Of a stretch of DNA of 64,000 bases, positions 17,166 to 26,473 are shown piece after piece. The stretch comes from a virus. The notes below the pieces were generated by a model. That model did not search any database and had not been told where the DNA came from. It worked only from the letters and a program-made list of their open reading frames with translations. The stretch's first letter is position 1. Each line of letters starts with the position of its first letter. The stretch spans positions 32,001 to 96,000 of the IMG/VR virus record IMGVR_UViG_3300045988_160259. The stretch is one strand, 5' to 3'. A program made the position numbers and the translations under genes.

Positions 17166-18125
17166 TTACAAAACAAATGTATATCCATGATATTCACAAC
17201 GTTCATGATACAAACACTGAGTAAAAGAAGTTCTGGAGATATGTTCTCCTAAGATCGATTTGCTTTCTCTTTCTAATTTTCTACGATTATCACATGTACC
17301 TATGTATTCTCCGAATTTATATATATTAAACGCTTCATTACAAACTGAATTTCTATGTTTATATGAATAATCCATAGATTTCTGTTTATTAGATATTTCT
17401 TCTTTAAGTAAAAGGTATTTTTGATACTTTCGTTCAAGATAGATTGTTGATCCTTCATACAACCAATCTAAGATTTTTTCTACTATATTATTACCATCAA
17501 TTAATAATGTATAATTATCATGCCCATTATCCCATCTGCTATGAATATCACCTACAAATTTAACTACATTTTTATTTAAATATTCCTTTGTTTTGTTAAT
17601 AAATGCGGAAGTTCCTGTAAAAGTAATTTGAAAATGTATATAATTTTTTCTGAATTTACTTTTTGATTTTCTTACACTTCCAGATATACTTCCATCTCCA
17701 TCCAAATAACCTCTAAGAAAATGATGAATTAAATTATTTGGAACAATTTCTTCGGAAGGAAATATAATTTTAAACGTTTTTCTTGGCGGACAACCCAACT
17801 TGATTAAATCATCTACTATTTGGTCACTTCGAAAAGACAACCTACACATATCTCTGGTAAAATTGTAGTCTCTATTTTGATATTTAAAAAATTCATTCCT
17901 TTCGTAAATATGTCTTTTTATAGGGCATTCATTATTCATTTCTTCTGCTATGGTTTTTAATAAAGCTACATCCTTGTATTTTAAATCTAGTTTTGCCCAC
18001 TTGCTAGATCCACTATTTGAATAAACACATCCATCTGCATATAATAATCCAAGAATATATGCTTTTCTTTCTGTGTCAATTTTATTAAAATAATTATCAT
18101 TTATATTATATTTTCTATTTTTCAA
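17166..18125 (-). CDS. LAGLIDADG homing endonuclease (double-motif)
   Basis: ORF track; YILGLLYADGCV and FLRGYLDGDGSI motifs; C-terminal NUMOD1-like repeat. Confidence 0.85.
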   Translation of the reverse strand: MKNRKYNINDNYFNKIDTERKAYILGLLYADGCVYSNSGSSKWAKLDLKYKDVALLKTIAEEMNNECPIKRHIYERNEFFKYQNRDYNFTRDMCRLSFRSDQIVDDLIKLGCPPRKTFKIIFPSEEIVPNNLIHHFLRGYLDGDGSISGSVRKSKSKFRKNYIHFQITFTGTSAFINKTKEYLNKNVVKFVGDIHSRWDNGHDNYTLLIDGNNIVEKILDWLYEGSTIYLERKYQKYLLLKEEISNKQKSMDYSYKHRNSVCNEAFNIYKFGEYIGTCDNRRKLERESKSILGEHISRTSFTQCLYHERCEYHGYTFVL

Positions 18126-18216
18126 TTAACTACTTGGAGCTTTGCAAATTTAAGTCATGACACTCACATCTCCTTTCGCTTTTTAAAAATTATCACCTAT
18201 ACTATATATTCTCTAT

Positions 18217-18621
18217 TTATTCCTCCAAAATCTTATATTCTCCATCATCAACACAGATAATAATTCCATACTGATGTAGCTCTAAATCATTAAACATACC
18301 ACAAACTTGAAGATAGTCTTCAGAAATGTTTTTCAATTTAATACAATGAATTTCACCATCATATTTAATTGCACCAAGCATTTCATTCTTTTCATTGATT
18401 GCAAAAACAACACAATAATTGCAATCTTGAGTATCTACAAGCTCATAACAAAAATCATAGATGTCATCATCATTTTCAAGTAAAACATTCATTTTCTCAC
18501 CACATCCGCATTCACAAACTGGCGCACATAACATGTTATATTCAGGATCTAATCCAAAATCCTTAAGTTTCAAGTTTTTAAAATTCCATACAAAATCTAT
18601 AATATTTGTATTAATATTCAT
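18217..18621 (-). CDS. hypothetical Cys-rich protein
   Basis: ORF track frame; start moved to ATG 18621 behind AGGAGGA; ATGA overlap with upstream stop. Confidence 0.7.
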   Translation of the reverse strand: MNINTNIIDFVWNFKNLKLKDFGLDPEYNMLCAPVCECGCGEKMNVLLENDDDIYDFCYELVDTQDCNYCVVFAINEKNEMLGAIKYDGEIHCIKLKNISEDYLQVCGMFNDLELHQYGIIICVDDGEYKILEE

Positions 18622-19058
18622 ACTAAATCCTCCTGTGTTACACATTCATAAGCAAAGCCTTCATTTGTAGTATAGTAAATGTGTTTTATGCCTAAATCCT
18701 TGATGGCAGCCATACATGACGGACATGGCCTAGACATACCATAAGGTTTATCATTTCGTTTTCGATATATATATAATTTTACTTTGGAAAAATCTATATC
18801 CAGATGTCGGATGGAATTGATACAGCTAATTTCTGCATGTATTTTAGGAAGAAGTGTTTCCTGATCAACGTCAGTAATTCTATATTTGTTATAATATTTC
18901 TGTACTGGATGTGTTTTGTTGGTATTACAACCAATGCCAATAATATTTCCCTTATATACTGCTACACAACCAATATGTACGTTTTTATAATCAGAAATAT
19001 CTGCAGCCTGTCTTGCTTTAGATAAATATCTACGATCAGTTTTAGTAAACAAACTCAT
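18618..19058 (-). CDS. dCMP / cytidine deaminase family zinc enzyme
   Basis: ORF track; HAEISC ... PCPSCMAAI zinc-binding signature. Confidence 0.85.
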   Translation of the reverse strand: MSLFTKTDRRYLSKARQAADISDYKNVHIGCVAVYKGNIIGIGCNTNKTHPVQKYYNKYRITDVDQETLLPKIHAEISCINSIRHLDIDFSKVKLYIYRKRNDKPYGMSRPCPSCMAAIKDLGIKHIYYTTNEGFAYECVTQEDLV

Positions 19059-19287
19059 CCACTTCCTTTACTGTGGACTGATTAGTTTTAAATTTTTGTG
19101 TTTGAATAATATTTCTTCGACACTGTTCATCAAATTTTCTGTCTGCAATAATCTTTTCTGCGAAGTGCGATCCATGTGATAGGGTAGTAGAATTCGGATA
19201 TGGAGAAAGTTCTGTAAACTGAATTACTCCTCCAAATCTTGTATTATCTCTTAAACTTCTGGTGCAAAATCTTGTGTTCTCTTTCAT
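19042..19287 (-). CDS. hypothetical protein
   Basis: ORF track; co-oriented, short overlap with the next gene. Confidence 0.5.
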   Translation of the reverse strand: MKENTRFCTRSLRDNTRFGGVIQFTELSPYPNSTTLSHGSHFAEKIIADRKFDEQCRRNIIQTQKFKTNQSTVKEVDEFVY

Positions 19288-19391
19288 AATTAATGTCTCC
19301 TTTGATTTTCATAATTTTTAAATACATTTCTATCACTCCTTAGTTATAGGGATGATTAATAGTTCCTAATTTTATGTTCTCTAAACATTCA

Positions 19392-21251
19392 TCAACATTT
19401 CATCTTTTTAACGCTATCTCCAAGTTCATCAATAAACGGACTAGGATTCATCAGATTATCATTGTATGATGCAGTAGAAGAGAGATATAATTCATTCTCT
19501 GCTCTTGTAATTCCGACATATAATAACCTGCGTTCGTCATCGAGATTATCACTTTTTGCATGTGGGAGCAGTCCATCATTTAATCCAACAATAAACACGA
19601 TTGGATATTCCAACCCTTTTGCTCTATGAATTGTTGAGAGATGTACTTTATCATTATTCTCCATTGCAACTTGTCTATTGATGTCATCTAAGTACAATAT
19701 AAACTCATTTAAATCAGAATACTTTTCTGCAATATTCTGAAAAGCATCCATATTTTCAATCTGTTCCGAAAATCCACCATCATCAGCCTGTTTACCCTTG
19801 CTAACAAAATCATCGATTTTAAGATAGAATCTCAAGTATTCAATCATCTTACCAACCGACTCGAATTTTCTGTTCTGTAGTGTATTAATAACTTCATATA
19901 ATTGATCAATTCCATTTTTGAAACGCCAATTTCTACGATCAATCGTAAACATTGCGTTGTACAAAGAAGTGTTTTTCTTCGTAGCATTTTCCTTGACTTC
20001 AGCGAAAAATTTCTGATATAACCAACGATTTGGTTTATTATACACATACGAAAATGCTGAATTATCTCCTTCGTGCAATGCCAATTTAAGATAGGAGATC
20101 AGTAACTTAATCTCTGGTAGTTCCGTAAACATGACCCCATTAACAACGTCATATGGAATCATATTTTTAGACATGACAGTTTGCAATATTGTCAACTGGG
20201 CATTTGTCCTTGCTAGAACAGCCATGTCTCTATACTCATTGTTCTCTCTTTTCTCTGTGATCTTTTTACAAATCCAAGAGGCTTCGTCATATTCACTTAC
20301 AAATTTTCTATATTCAGGGAGCTGATTCTTTCCTTTAGAAGCAATACTTTCTACGTAATTCTTATCCTTACTGTCAGGAATATGCTGCGCCAACATATTC
20401 GCCATACGTACAATATCTGTACTACATCTGTAATTCGTGTTTAAATGGACGATTTTCACATCAGAATAGTCCTGATCAAATTGCATAATGTATTCGCTGC
20501 GTCCACCACGAAAAGAATAGATTGCCTGTAAAGGATCACCTACAATCATAGTGTTTTTATTATTAATTCTTTTAAGAAGAAGAGACTGTGCCATAGACAC
20601 ATCCTGAAACTCATCTGATAACACGTAAAGATATTTATTCTGATAAAATTTTAAAATATCTTGGAATTTGTCAAAACACTGATTTGCCATATTCAGGAAA
20701 TCATCAAATTCAATATAGGACTTATCCTTTTTATAATCTTCGTACATTTTATAAATCTTTTTCATCCGATCATCAGGATACGGATCGTCATCTGAATAAA
20801 TCAAACTATCTGTTGACCCTAACATATTTGTCTTTTGAATTCCCAAAAATCTCAGTATTCCATTATAAGGAACATCATCTTTGTTCTTGCATAATCCAAG
20901 TAAATCACAACAAATTTCTTTCAGTGCTTTTTCTTTTTCCCAAGATGCAGTCCATACCTTGTATTTTCCATATCCATATGTAGAAGTAATAATTTTAAGA
21001 GCGAGAGAGTGAAAAGTTTCTACATTTACACCCGTTACTCCAAGTTTTCCTAATCTCTGCTCAATGCTTTCTTTTGCCTTTTTACTGAACGTGACAGCCA
21101 AAATAGTAGTGGGATCAATTCCATGATTCTTAACCATGTTTAAAATTCTATATGTAAGTACAGATGTCTTTCCAGATCCAGCTGCAGCAATGACAACCAT
21201 ATTCCCGTCTATGGTGTGAATGGCTTCTTTTTGGTTTGTATTAAATTCCAT
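19392..21251 (-). CDS. UvrD/PcrA/Rep-type superfamily 1 DNA helicase
   Basis: ORF track frame; start moved to ATG 21251 (AAGGAGA upstream); AAAGSGKTSVL Walker A, DEFQD, TIHRAKGLEYP, VGITRA motifs. Confidence 0.9.
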   Translation of the reverse strand: MEFNTNQKEAIHTIDGNMVVIAAAGSGKTSVLTYRILNMVKNHGIDPTTILAVTFSKKAKESIEQRLGKLGVTGVNVETFHSLALKIITSTYGYGKYKVWTASWEKEKALKEICCDLLGLCKNKDDVPYNGILRFLGIQKTNMLGSTDSLIYSDDDPYPDDRMKKIYKMYEDYKKDKSYIEFDDFLNMANQCFDKFQDILKFYQNKYLYVLSDEFQDVSMAQSLLLKRINNKNTMIVGDPLQAIYSFRGGRSEYIMQFDQDYSDVKIVHLNTNYRCSTDIVRMANMLAQHIPDSKDKNYVESIASKGKNQLPEYRKFVSEYDEASWICKKITEKRENNEYRDMAVLARTNAQLTILQTVMSKNMIPYDVVNGVMFTELPEIKLLISYLKLALHEGDNSAFSYVYNKPNRWLYQKFFAEVKENATKKNTSLYNAMFTIDRRNWRFKNGIDQLYEVINTLQNRKFESVGKMIEYLRFYLKIDDFVSKGKQADDGGFSEQIENMDAFQNIAEKYSDLNEFILYLDDINRQVAMENNDKVHLSTIHRAKGLEYPIVFIVGLNDGLLPHAKSDNLDDERRLLYVGITRAENELYLSSTASYNDNLMNPSPFIDELGDSVKKMKC

Positions 21252-21267
21252 TTTTATATCTCCTTTG

Positions 21268-22347
21268 CTAATTAATTTGAAGTGTGTATTCATCTTCAAC
21301 TTTACGTTTATTAATTCTCTTCCCAAGATATTCGGTTTCATTGTTTATTGTCATTTCGCACAACCCCTTAAAACACAGGGAATAATCATCTTTGCTTTCA
21401 TAGATCGTATATTTTCGAGGTGATTTATCAAAACGTTTTTGAGCATTGCCAATAATCATCTCTGTGAAAGTATCATTAAATTTTTTGATAATATTGGATT
21501 GATGTGGAAATTGATTTAGAACAAAACTACATTTGTCAAGATCGATGTAATAAGCTTCATATGACTTATAGACAAGTTTGATTTTGCGTTTATATAATTC
21601 ATCTTTGATGGCTTCGTTAAATCGTTGTGATTTTTTGCTGTAATATCTTTCTGATGCATTTGTGATATTTGCTTTTTCATCAGCAACCTTAATACAAGCA
21701 GCATAAAAATCCATATCTTCTTTGGACGCCTCTCTAGTTTCCAATTTAATATTTGCATGAACAACTCCATCCGAATCGATTTCAATCATCTCGTCTGATA
21801 CTTCAGAAGTGATCTTGTACACATCACGCCAGATGATAAGACCTGCGGATTTAAGATAATCCAGAGCATTCATAATATAATACTCAATCATATCATCTGA
21901 TTTATTATAAAATTCATTAATAGTATCCAGTTCGTATTTAATAGCTCTGCTAGTTTCCTCTTTATTATATTTACAGAGATTATAATTTTGGTTGACCATA
22001 TTGATTTCTCTGGCCCATTTGCCAAGCGTGATATCAATTTTTCGATTCTGATCATGTCCATTAATAATTTTTTCCAGTAATAGTGGAACAATATATTGAT
22101 ATAGAGAAGTATTCATCTTCTTAAAATTAGCTGGTAAGATATATGGATAGACTTCTGTAATTTCATATTCTCTTTTACCAAGATCAACAATTTTACAGTA
22201 TTTGGACATTTTTTCCAAAAGAGTCCTTTTGTTCTTTGTTAGGAGCTTACCATTTTTGATGTACGACTCCTTAACAGCAGGGCTTGCATACTTGTTTACG
22301 AGATCAATTTCTTTAATTTTCCCTTGTTTTACAACCATTTTTTCCAT
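21268..22347 (-). CDS. hypothetical protein
   Basis: ORF track; 359 aa, no motif recognised. Confidence 0.75.
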   Translation of the reverse strand: MEKMVVKQGKIKEIDLVNKYASPAVKESYIKNGKLLTKNKRTLLEKMSKYCKIVDLGKREYEITEVYPYILPANFKKMNTSLYQYIVPLLLEKIINGHDQNRKIDITLGKWAREINMVNQNYNLCKYNKEETSRAIKYELDTINEFYNKSDDMIEYYIMNALDYLKSAGLIIWRDVYKITSEVSDEMIEIDSDGVVHANIKLETREASKEDMDFYAACIKVADEKANITNASERYYSKKSQRFNEAIKDELYKRKIKLVYKSYEAYYIDLDKCSFVLNQFPHQSNIIKKFNDTFTEMIIGNAQKRFDKSPRKYTIYESKDDYSLCFKGLCEMTINNETEYLGKRINKRKVEDEYTLQIN

Positions 22348-22390
22348 TTTTTAATTTTTCCTCCTTTAAAATTCCCTTATTTTTTCTGGA

Positions 22391-22461
22391 AAAAGTTCCT
22401 CTCAAAAACGGGTACCAAAAGTTCCTAATATATAATATATATAGGGAAGAAATGGTACCCG
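22391..22461. repeat. operator-like repeats upstream of gene 21268..22347
   Basis: AAAAGTTCCT at 22391-22400 and 22417-22426; inverted repeat CGGGTACC (22409-22416) / GGTACCCG (22454-22461). Confidence 0.6.
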
Positions 22462-22551
22462 CATTTCACCCAATATTTATAAGCAAAAAAATGCTCTATT
22501 TTATAATCTGTTTATAATTGGTTAATGAATACTTTATAATTGTATTAGTAC

Positions 22552-22668
22552 CTGGTGGCTGCTTTAGCAGACGCCAGAGCAAGGAGAGCTACTGCATCTC
22601 CGCGCTAGTAGCGTGGCACACTATTGTCAATCCAACCGTGCAACCGAGAAACTACCGTAGCCACTTTT
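22552..22668. ncRNA. candidate small structured RNA (strand uncertain)
   Basis: GC-rich island in AT-rich spacer; hairpins CTGGTGGCTGC-TTTA-GCAGACGCCAG, GGAGA..TCTCC, GTGGC..GCCAC followed by TTTT. Confidence 0.3.
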
Positions 22669-22710
22669 GATAATTCATTCTCTAATAGAATAATGGTTTT
22701 ATCAAATTGT

Positions 22711-23481
22711 TCACTCATCCAGAATTGCATCAACCATCTCTTCAAATAAACTTCTATATTCTTTGTCATAAGCTAGTGCATCCATGGTCATACAATTCTT
22801 TAGATTATTATTATGACAATAGTCATCTATCATCTGATTTAAATCCTTATCTGTATATTGTTCTCCAAACTCTTTAAATAATTTTCTATATAATGTTTTG
22901 TAATCATCAATTCCATATTTCATCATAATCCGCTTGAATTTAGGCATCATAATACTTACCCAATATGGCATTTTCTTGTTTGATATTGTTCCAAATGTAT
23001 TCATATTATTTTCTAATAAGGTCAATCGTTCATTTAACTGAGCAATATCTGTGTCATATCTTTCATATAGTAAATTAACTGCCTGAGTCATATTATTTTG
23101 GGCTTGAATAAGATTTTCAAGAGCTTTAATAATTGGCTGTAAGTTTATAGATGTAAAAGTATTATTTCTATATTTTTCTACAATATCCCATACCCAATCC
23201 ATAAATTCGTCTGCTTTCTTTTGATGGGACCATCTGCAAATTTCCATGACACCTTTATGGGAATAATAGTAAGTTTCATGTCCTAAACCATCTGACAAGC
23301 AAATGGACAGTTTGTCCAATCGGTCGCTATGTCTTTTATGAATTTTACCAATAGCATTTGTTGGATCTTTATATTCCAACGCTTGCCCAATTTGTTCTCT
23401 TGTCAATAAAATGTCATCATTCATATTTCTGTAAAAGCTGCAGTCCAGTTCTCCAAACTTCTCTGTTGTAATCAGTTTCAA
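22711..23481 (-). CDS. antirepressor-like / Bro-N-type DNA-binding domain protein
   Basis: ORF track; N-terminal LLTREQIGQALEYKDPTNAIGKIHKRHSDRL resembles phage antirepressor N-domains. Confidence 0.5.
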   Translation of the reverse strand: MKLITTEKFGELDCSFYRNMNDDILLTREQIGQALEYKDPTNAIGKIHKRHSDRLDKLSICLSDGLGHETYYYSHKGVMEICRWSHQKKADEFMDWVWDIVEKYRNNTFTSINLQPIIKALENLIQAQNNMTQAVNLLYERYDTDIAQLNERLTLLENNMNTFGTISNKKMPYWVSIMMPKFKRIMMKYGIDDYKTLYRKLFKEFGEQYTDKDLNQMIDDYCHNNNLKNCMTMDALAYDKEYRSLFEEMVDAILDE

Positions 23482-23662
23482 ATTATTATTTATAGTAAAT
23501 ATCTCCTTTTTTATTTATGATTTGCTTTGGTATTCACTTATTCTCCATACGATTTGAACCATTTTTGTGTTTTATGATTTGTCAATTTTTGATTTTGAGC
23601 ATAAAAAAATAGCAGACAAGATTTCTCTCATCTGCTATAGGAATGTATTTTCATATATTATT

Positions 23663-24439
23663 TTATTCTTCTTCTCTTGCATTAATTGTATCAAAGGATA
23701 ACCAGAACACATCAGGCTTAGAAATAATCCTTGCATCAATGTATGCCATCTTCATGGAAAGACATGTTCTTGCTTGGTAACACTTTCCATCTATTTCATT
23801 AAGCACCAATGCAACGTCAGGAATATTATTTTTGTTGAAATATAATGGAATCATTAGCTGAATCCTGTTATTGTAGTAATGAGGAATAGCAAGCTTATAA
23901 TTCGCAGTAACCTTTTGAATTGAAGAATCGATTACTCCTTTTAGTGTTTCCAATGCAAGATCACTTGTCCGAATACGTTCTGGTAAACGCTGCGCTGTAT
24001 TAAGGTCATCTAAGATGTGTTCATAATGAACATTAACGGGATAATGCCAGTTGAATATGAGTTTGCCTGGATCAGAAAAGTAATCAGCTCTTTCTGGTAA
24101 ATCAATGATTTTTAAATCGCCTAGCTCATAACGATCTTTGAATCCTTTAAATATCCAACTTGAATAGCCTAATCTATTATTAGGTTCTGCATATACATAA
24201 ATTGGTTCGTTATAATTATCATATAGGCCTGTATTAAAAATACAATAATATTTTGCTGTAACGATTTTCCCTTCACTCTGCAGTTTTTGGAAAGTATGTT
24301 TCATATAATTTTTTAAAATTGAATAATCGTTTATATTTCCAAAAGACCACGGCTCTGACTGTGCTCTTTTTGCTAATTCCGCCATCTGAGCATTGTAATC
24401 TCCCCAATAGAAAAAGCTATATAAATCATTCATGCCCAA
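23663..24439 (-). CDS. DUF3825-like protein
   Basis: ORF track; layout EPWSFGN..ILKNYMKHTFQKL ... NYKLAIPHYYNNRIQLMIPL ... MAYIDARIISKP..WL matches my recollection of DUF3825. Confidence 0.55.
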   Translation of the reverse strand: MGMNDLYSFFYWGDYNAQMAELAKRAQSEPWSFGNINDYSILKNYMKHTFQKLQSEGKIVTAKYYCIFNTGLYDNYNEPIYVYAEPNNRLGYSSWIFKGFKDRYELGDLKIIDLPERADYFSDPGKLIFNWHYPVNVHYEHILDDLNTAQRLPERIRTSDLALETLKGVIDSSIQKVTANYKLAIPHYYNNRIQLMIPLYFNKNNIPDVALVLNEIDGKCYQARTCLSMKMAYIDARIISKPDVFWLSFDTINAREEE

Positions 24440-24733
24440 CAGTCCTTTATATTTTTGATATTAATAATTTTAGCATAATTCGAACAAACATTCAAATGGT
24501 AAATTCTGTATATTATATAGGTATATATGAAATAGAAGATCGTTTTATGCTGGAGTTTAAAAGTAGCCCCATGGTGTGTCTGGTATGAGAGGATACAGAT
24601 CATTTCTTGGGTATGATCGTAGGAGAGTATGTGAGATTATTTGTTTAGAACAAATTTTAATGTGCTTAGTGGATAGTTGTTAGGGTATGGATATAAAATT
24701 GATTTAAAATCTGTAGAAGTATCTTTTTGTATA

Positions 24734-24775
24734 GGGTAGGTGATTTTTATGGTCATCTACCCTTATTTTATTTGA
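24734..24775 (+). terminator. plus-strand terminator-like hairpin convergent with gene 24788..25306
   Basis: GGGTAGGTGA / TCATCTACCC 10-bp stem (1 GU) followed by TTATTTTATTT on plus strand only. Confidence 0.5.
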
Positions 24776-24787
24776 GTTATTTCCTAT

Positions 24788-25306
24788 TTAAAATGTGATG
24801 CTGACACTAAGTTTGATTCTGTACATATAATTGTTTGCCAGTAAAGTTGATCCGAGACAACAGGGAATTGATATTTCGGTGCGTTTTTCTAATTTATTAT
24901 ATCCTACTACAGATATACGAATATCATCTTCTGCAGCAAGTCTTTGTAATTCTTTTAAATATTCATCATATGCAGATTGGTTTGTAATAACATAAGAGAT
25001 TACGCATGATGTTTCTTGTACTTGTCCAGAAAATAATCCTCTTCTATGCATGGTTGTTCTTGTTTCACAGACTCGTCTGACATATTCTGCAGCTTCTGGT
25101 TCGCCCGAATAGGAATCCGGATAATAGCAAGAGATATATTTATGATTGCCTATAGTTGTGTACTCATTATGCTGTGCTTTGGAGCGTAAAAGATCTTTTA
25201 CACCAGAATAATCAAGTCTGGCATTTGTTTGTGCTTCAGATGTTGCTTTGACCTGGATCTGCTTCTGTGTTGGGGTAAGGCTGGACAATTCATCACGAAA
25301 TGACAT
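24788..25306 (-). CDS. hypothetical protein
   Basis: ORF track; first gene of the minus-strand arm. Confidence 0.7.
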   Translation of the reverse strand: MSFRDELSSLTPTQKQIQVKATSEAQTNARLDYSGVKDLLRSKAQHNEYTTIGNHKYISCYYPDSYSGEPEAAEYVRRVCETRTTMHRRGLFSGQVQETSCVISYVITNQSAYDEYLKELQRLAAEDDIRISVVGYNKLEKRTEISIPCCLGSTLLANNYMYRIKLSVSITF

Positions 25307-25319
25307 GATTTTCCTCTTT

Positions 25320-25740
25320 TCTTGTATTGGTGGACAGTTTATAGGGTATAGGTGTTTGAATGGATTCTAGGTCGATTATAATACTGTTTTGTCTTTAGAT
25401 CAATAGTAAGGATGATTTGTGATGATATGATATGGTTTAGATAGGTGAGTGTTGAAATAGTGAAGGAGAGAGGAAGAGTGCAATTTTTAATCCGTAAAAT
25501 GTTTATCGTTTGAGGCCAGAATTTATATGGGGTATTTTTGATTGAGGGTAAAAAAGTGGAGAGTAAAATTTGAAGGGCAGAGTGATTTTAAGGCTTGATT
25601 ACTGAGGTTTACGATAAGGGGTACGATATGGGGTTTTGGTGCGTGGAAGGGGAATTTTGGGCTTGGTTATTGGGGAAAGTGAGAATGAATTTTGGGATGG
25701 AAGATTTTGGAGTTGGTGTGTGGATGAACCGACTGTACAC
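25320..25740. other. C-depleted, G-tract-rich divergent intergenic region (candidate origin or regulatory hub)
   Basis: C is very rare on plus strand, with runs of about 65 nt lacking it; GGGG tracts at 25618, 25630, 25649, 25672; AATTTTGGG at 25653 and 25688 plus variants. Confidence 0.5.
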
Positions 25741-25829
25741 ATACTGCGCGTATAAGCGGCGTTTGCTGGTTTTAACCACCCCCGATTCACCACCAACTCA
25801 AACTTCGGAAAATGCGGATTTTCCGCAAT

Positions 25830-25857
25830 TTGACAAACTTTTTTGTTTGCGTAATGT
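25830..25857 (+). promoter_or_regulatory. possible promoter of plus-strand arm
   Basis: TTGACA (25830-25835), 16-nt spacer, TAATGT. Confidence 0.35.
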
Positions 25858-25912
25858 GGATGGTGTCAAGCGACAAGAAACATCCACCGCTTGACGCAAA
25901 CAAAATTTTTTT
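25842..25912 (+). terminator. long nested stem-loop followed by T7 run
   Basis: TTTGTTTGCGT (25842-25852) pairs with ACGCAAACAAA (25894-25904), then ATTTTTTT; inner GTGGATG/CATCCAC and CAAGCG/CGCTTG are interleaved. Confidence 0.45.
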
Positions 25913-25944
25913 AATCCCGACATAGGGAAGAAAGGTTGGTAATT

Positions 25945-26466
25945 ATGATTAAATTTGAAAACAACAACAGTATCGTAGCAGATAACAGCATCGTTTTAAA
26001 CGGTGTTCGTGAGTATAAACTCACAGATGATGAGACGATGAAACTGATGTCTATCATTGACGGTATGATCTCTCAGAGATCTACCACAGGAGTATCTACT
26101 CCATCCACTCAGCTCTCACGGTCTGATGGAAAAGTTGGCGGTATCACTCGTGCCAGCAAAACGCCTTACGAGGCGAAAAAGGCTTTCAAGCCTCAGTACG
26201 AGGTGAAGAAACTTGCAGACGCTGACGGTAAGTCTCTGTTCTGCATCAGCCGTAAAAACGGCTGGACGAGAGCTGAAAAAGCGTTGACGAACGCTGCTAT
26301 CAAAGCTCTCCCGGAGATTATTACAATCTCCGTGCCGTATGAGAAAGACGGCAAGACCAGGACTTTCTCAGCCTGGGGTTATAAGACCAAAAAACGGGCT
26401 GAGGAGATGCTGGAGCAGCTCCCGACTGAGTTTTCAGCAGACGAGCTGAACAACTGGGGTAAGTAA
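25945..26466 (+). CDS. hypothetical protein (GC-richer than genome average)
   Basis: ORF track frame; ATG 25945; its stop codon lies in the loop of a GNRA-capped hairpin (26456-26473) and no terminator follows. Confidence 0.7.
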   Translation: MIKFENNNSIVADNSIVLNGVREYKLTDDETMKLMSIIDGMISQRSTTGVSTPSTQLSRSDGKVGGITRASKTPYEAKKAFKPQYEVKKLADADGKSLFCISRKNGWTRAEKALTNAAIKALPEIITISVPYEKDGKTRTFSAWGYKTKKRAEEMLEQLPTEFSADELNNWGK

Positions 26467-26473
26467 TTACCCC

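Noticed and set aside
25595-25894. 99-aa Trp/Gly/Phe-rich ORF and its antisense partner 25599..25796
   Set aside because: Its composition is an artefact of the G/T-rich, C-free DNA. It has a TTG start with no SD, and it runs through the terminator-like stem-loop.
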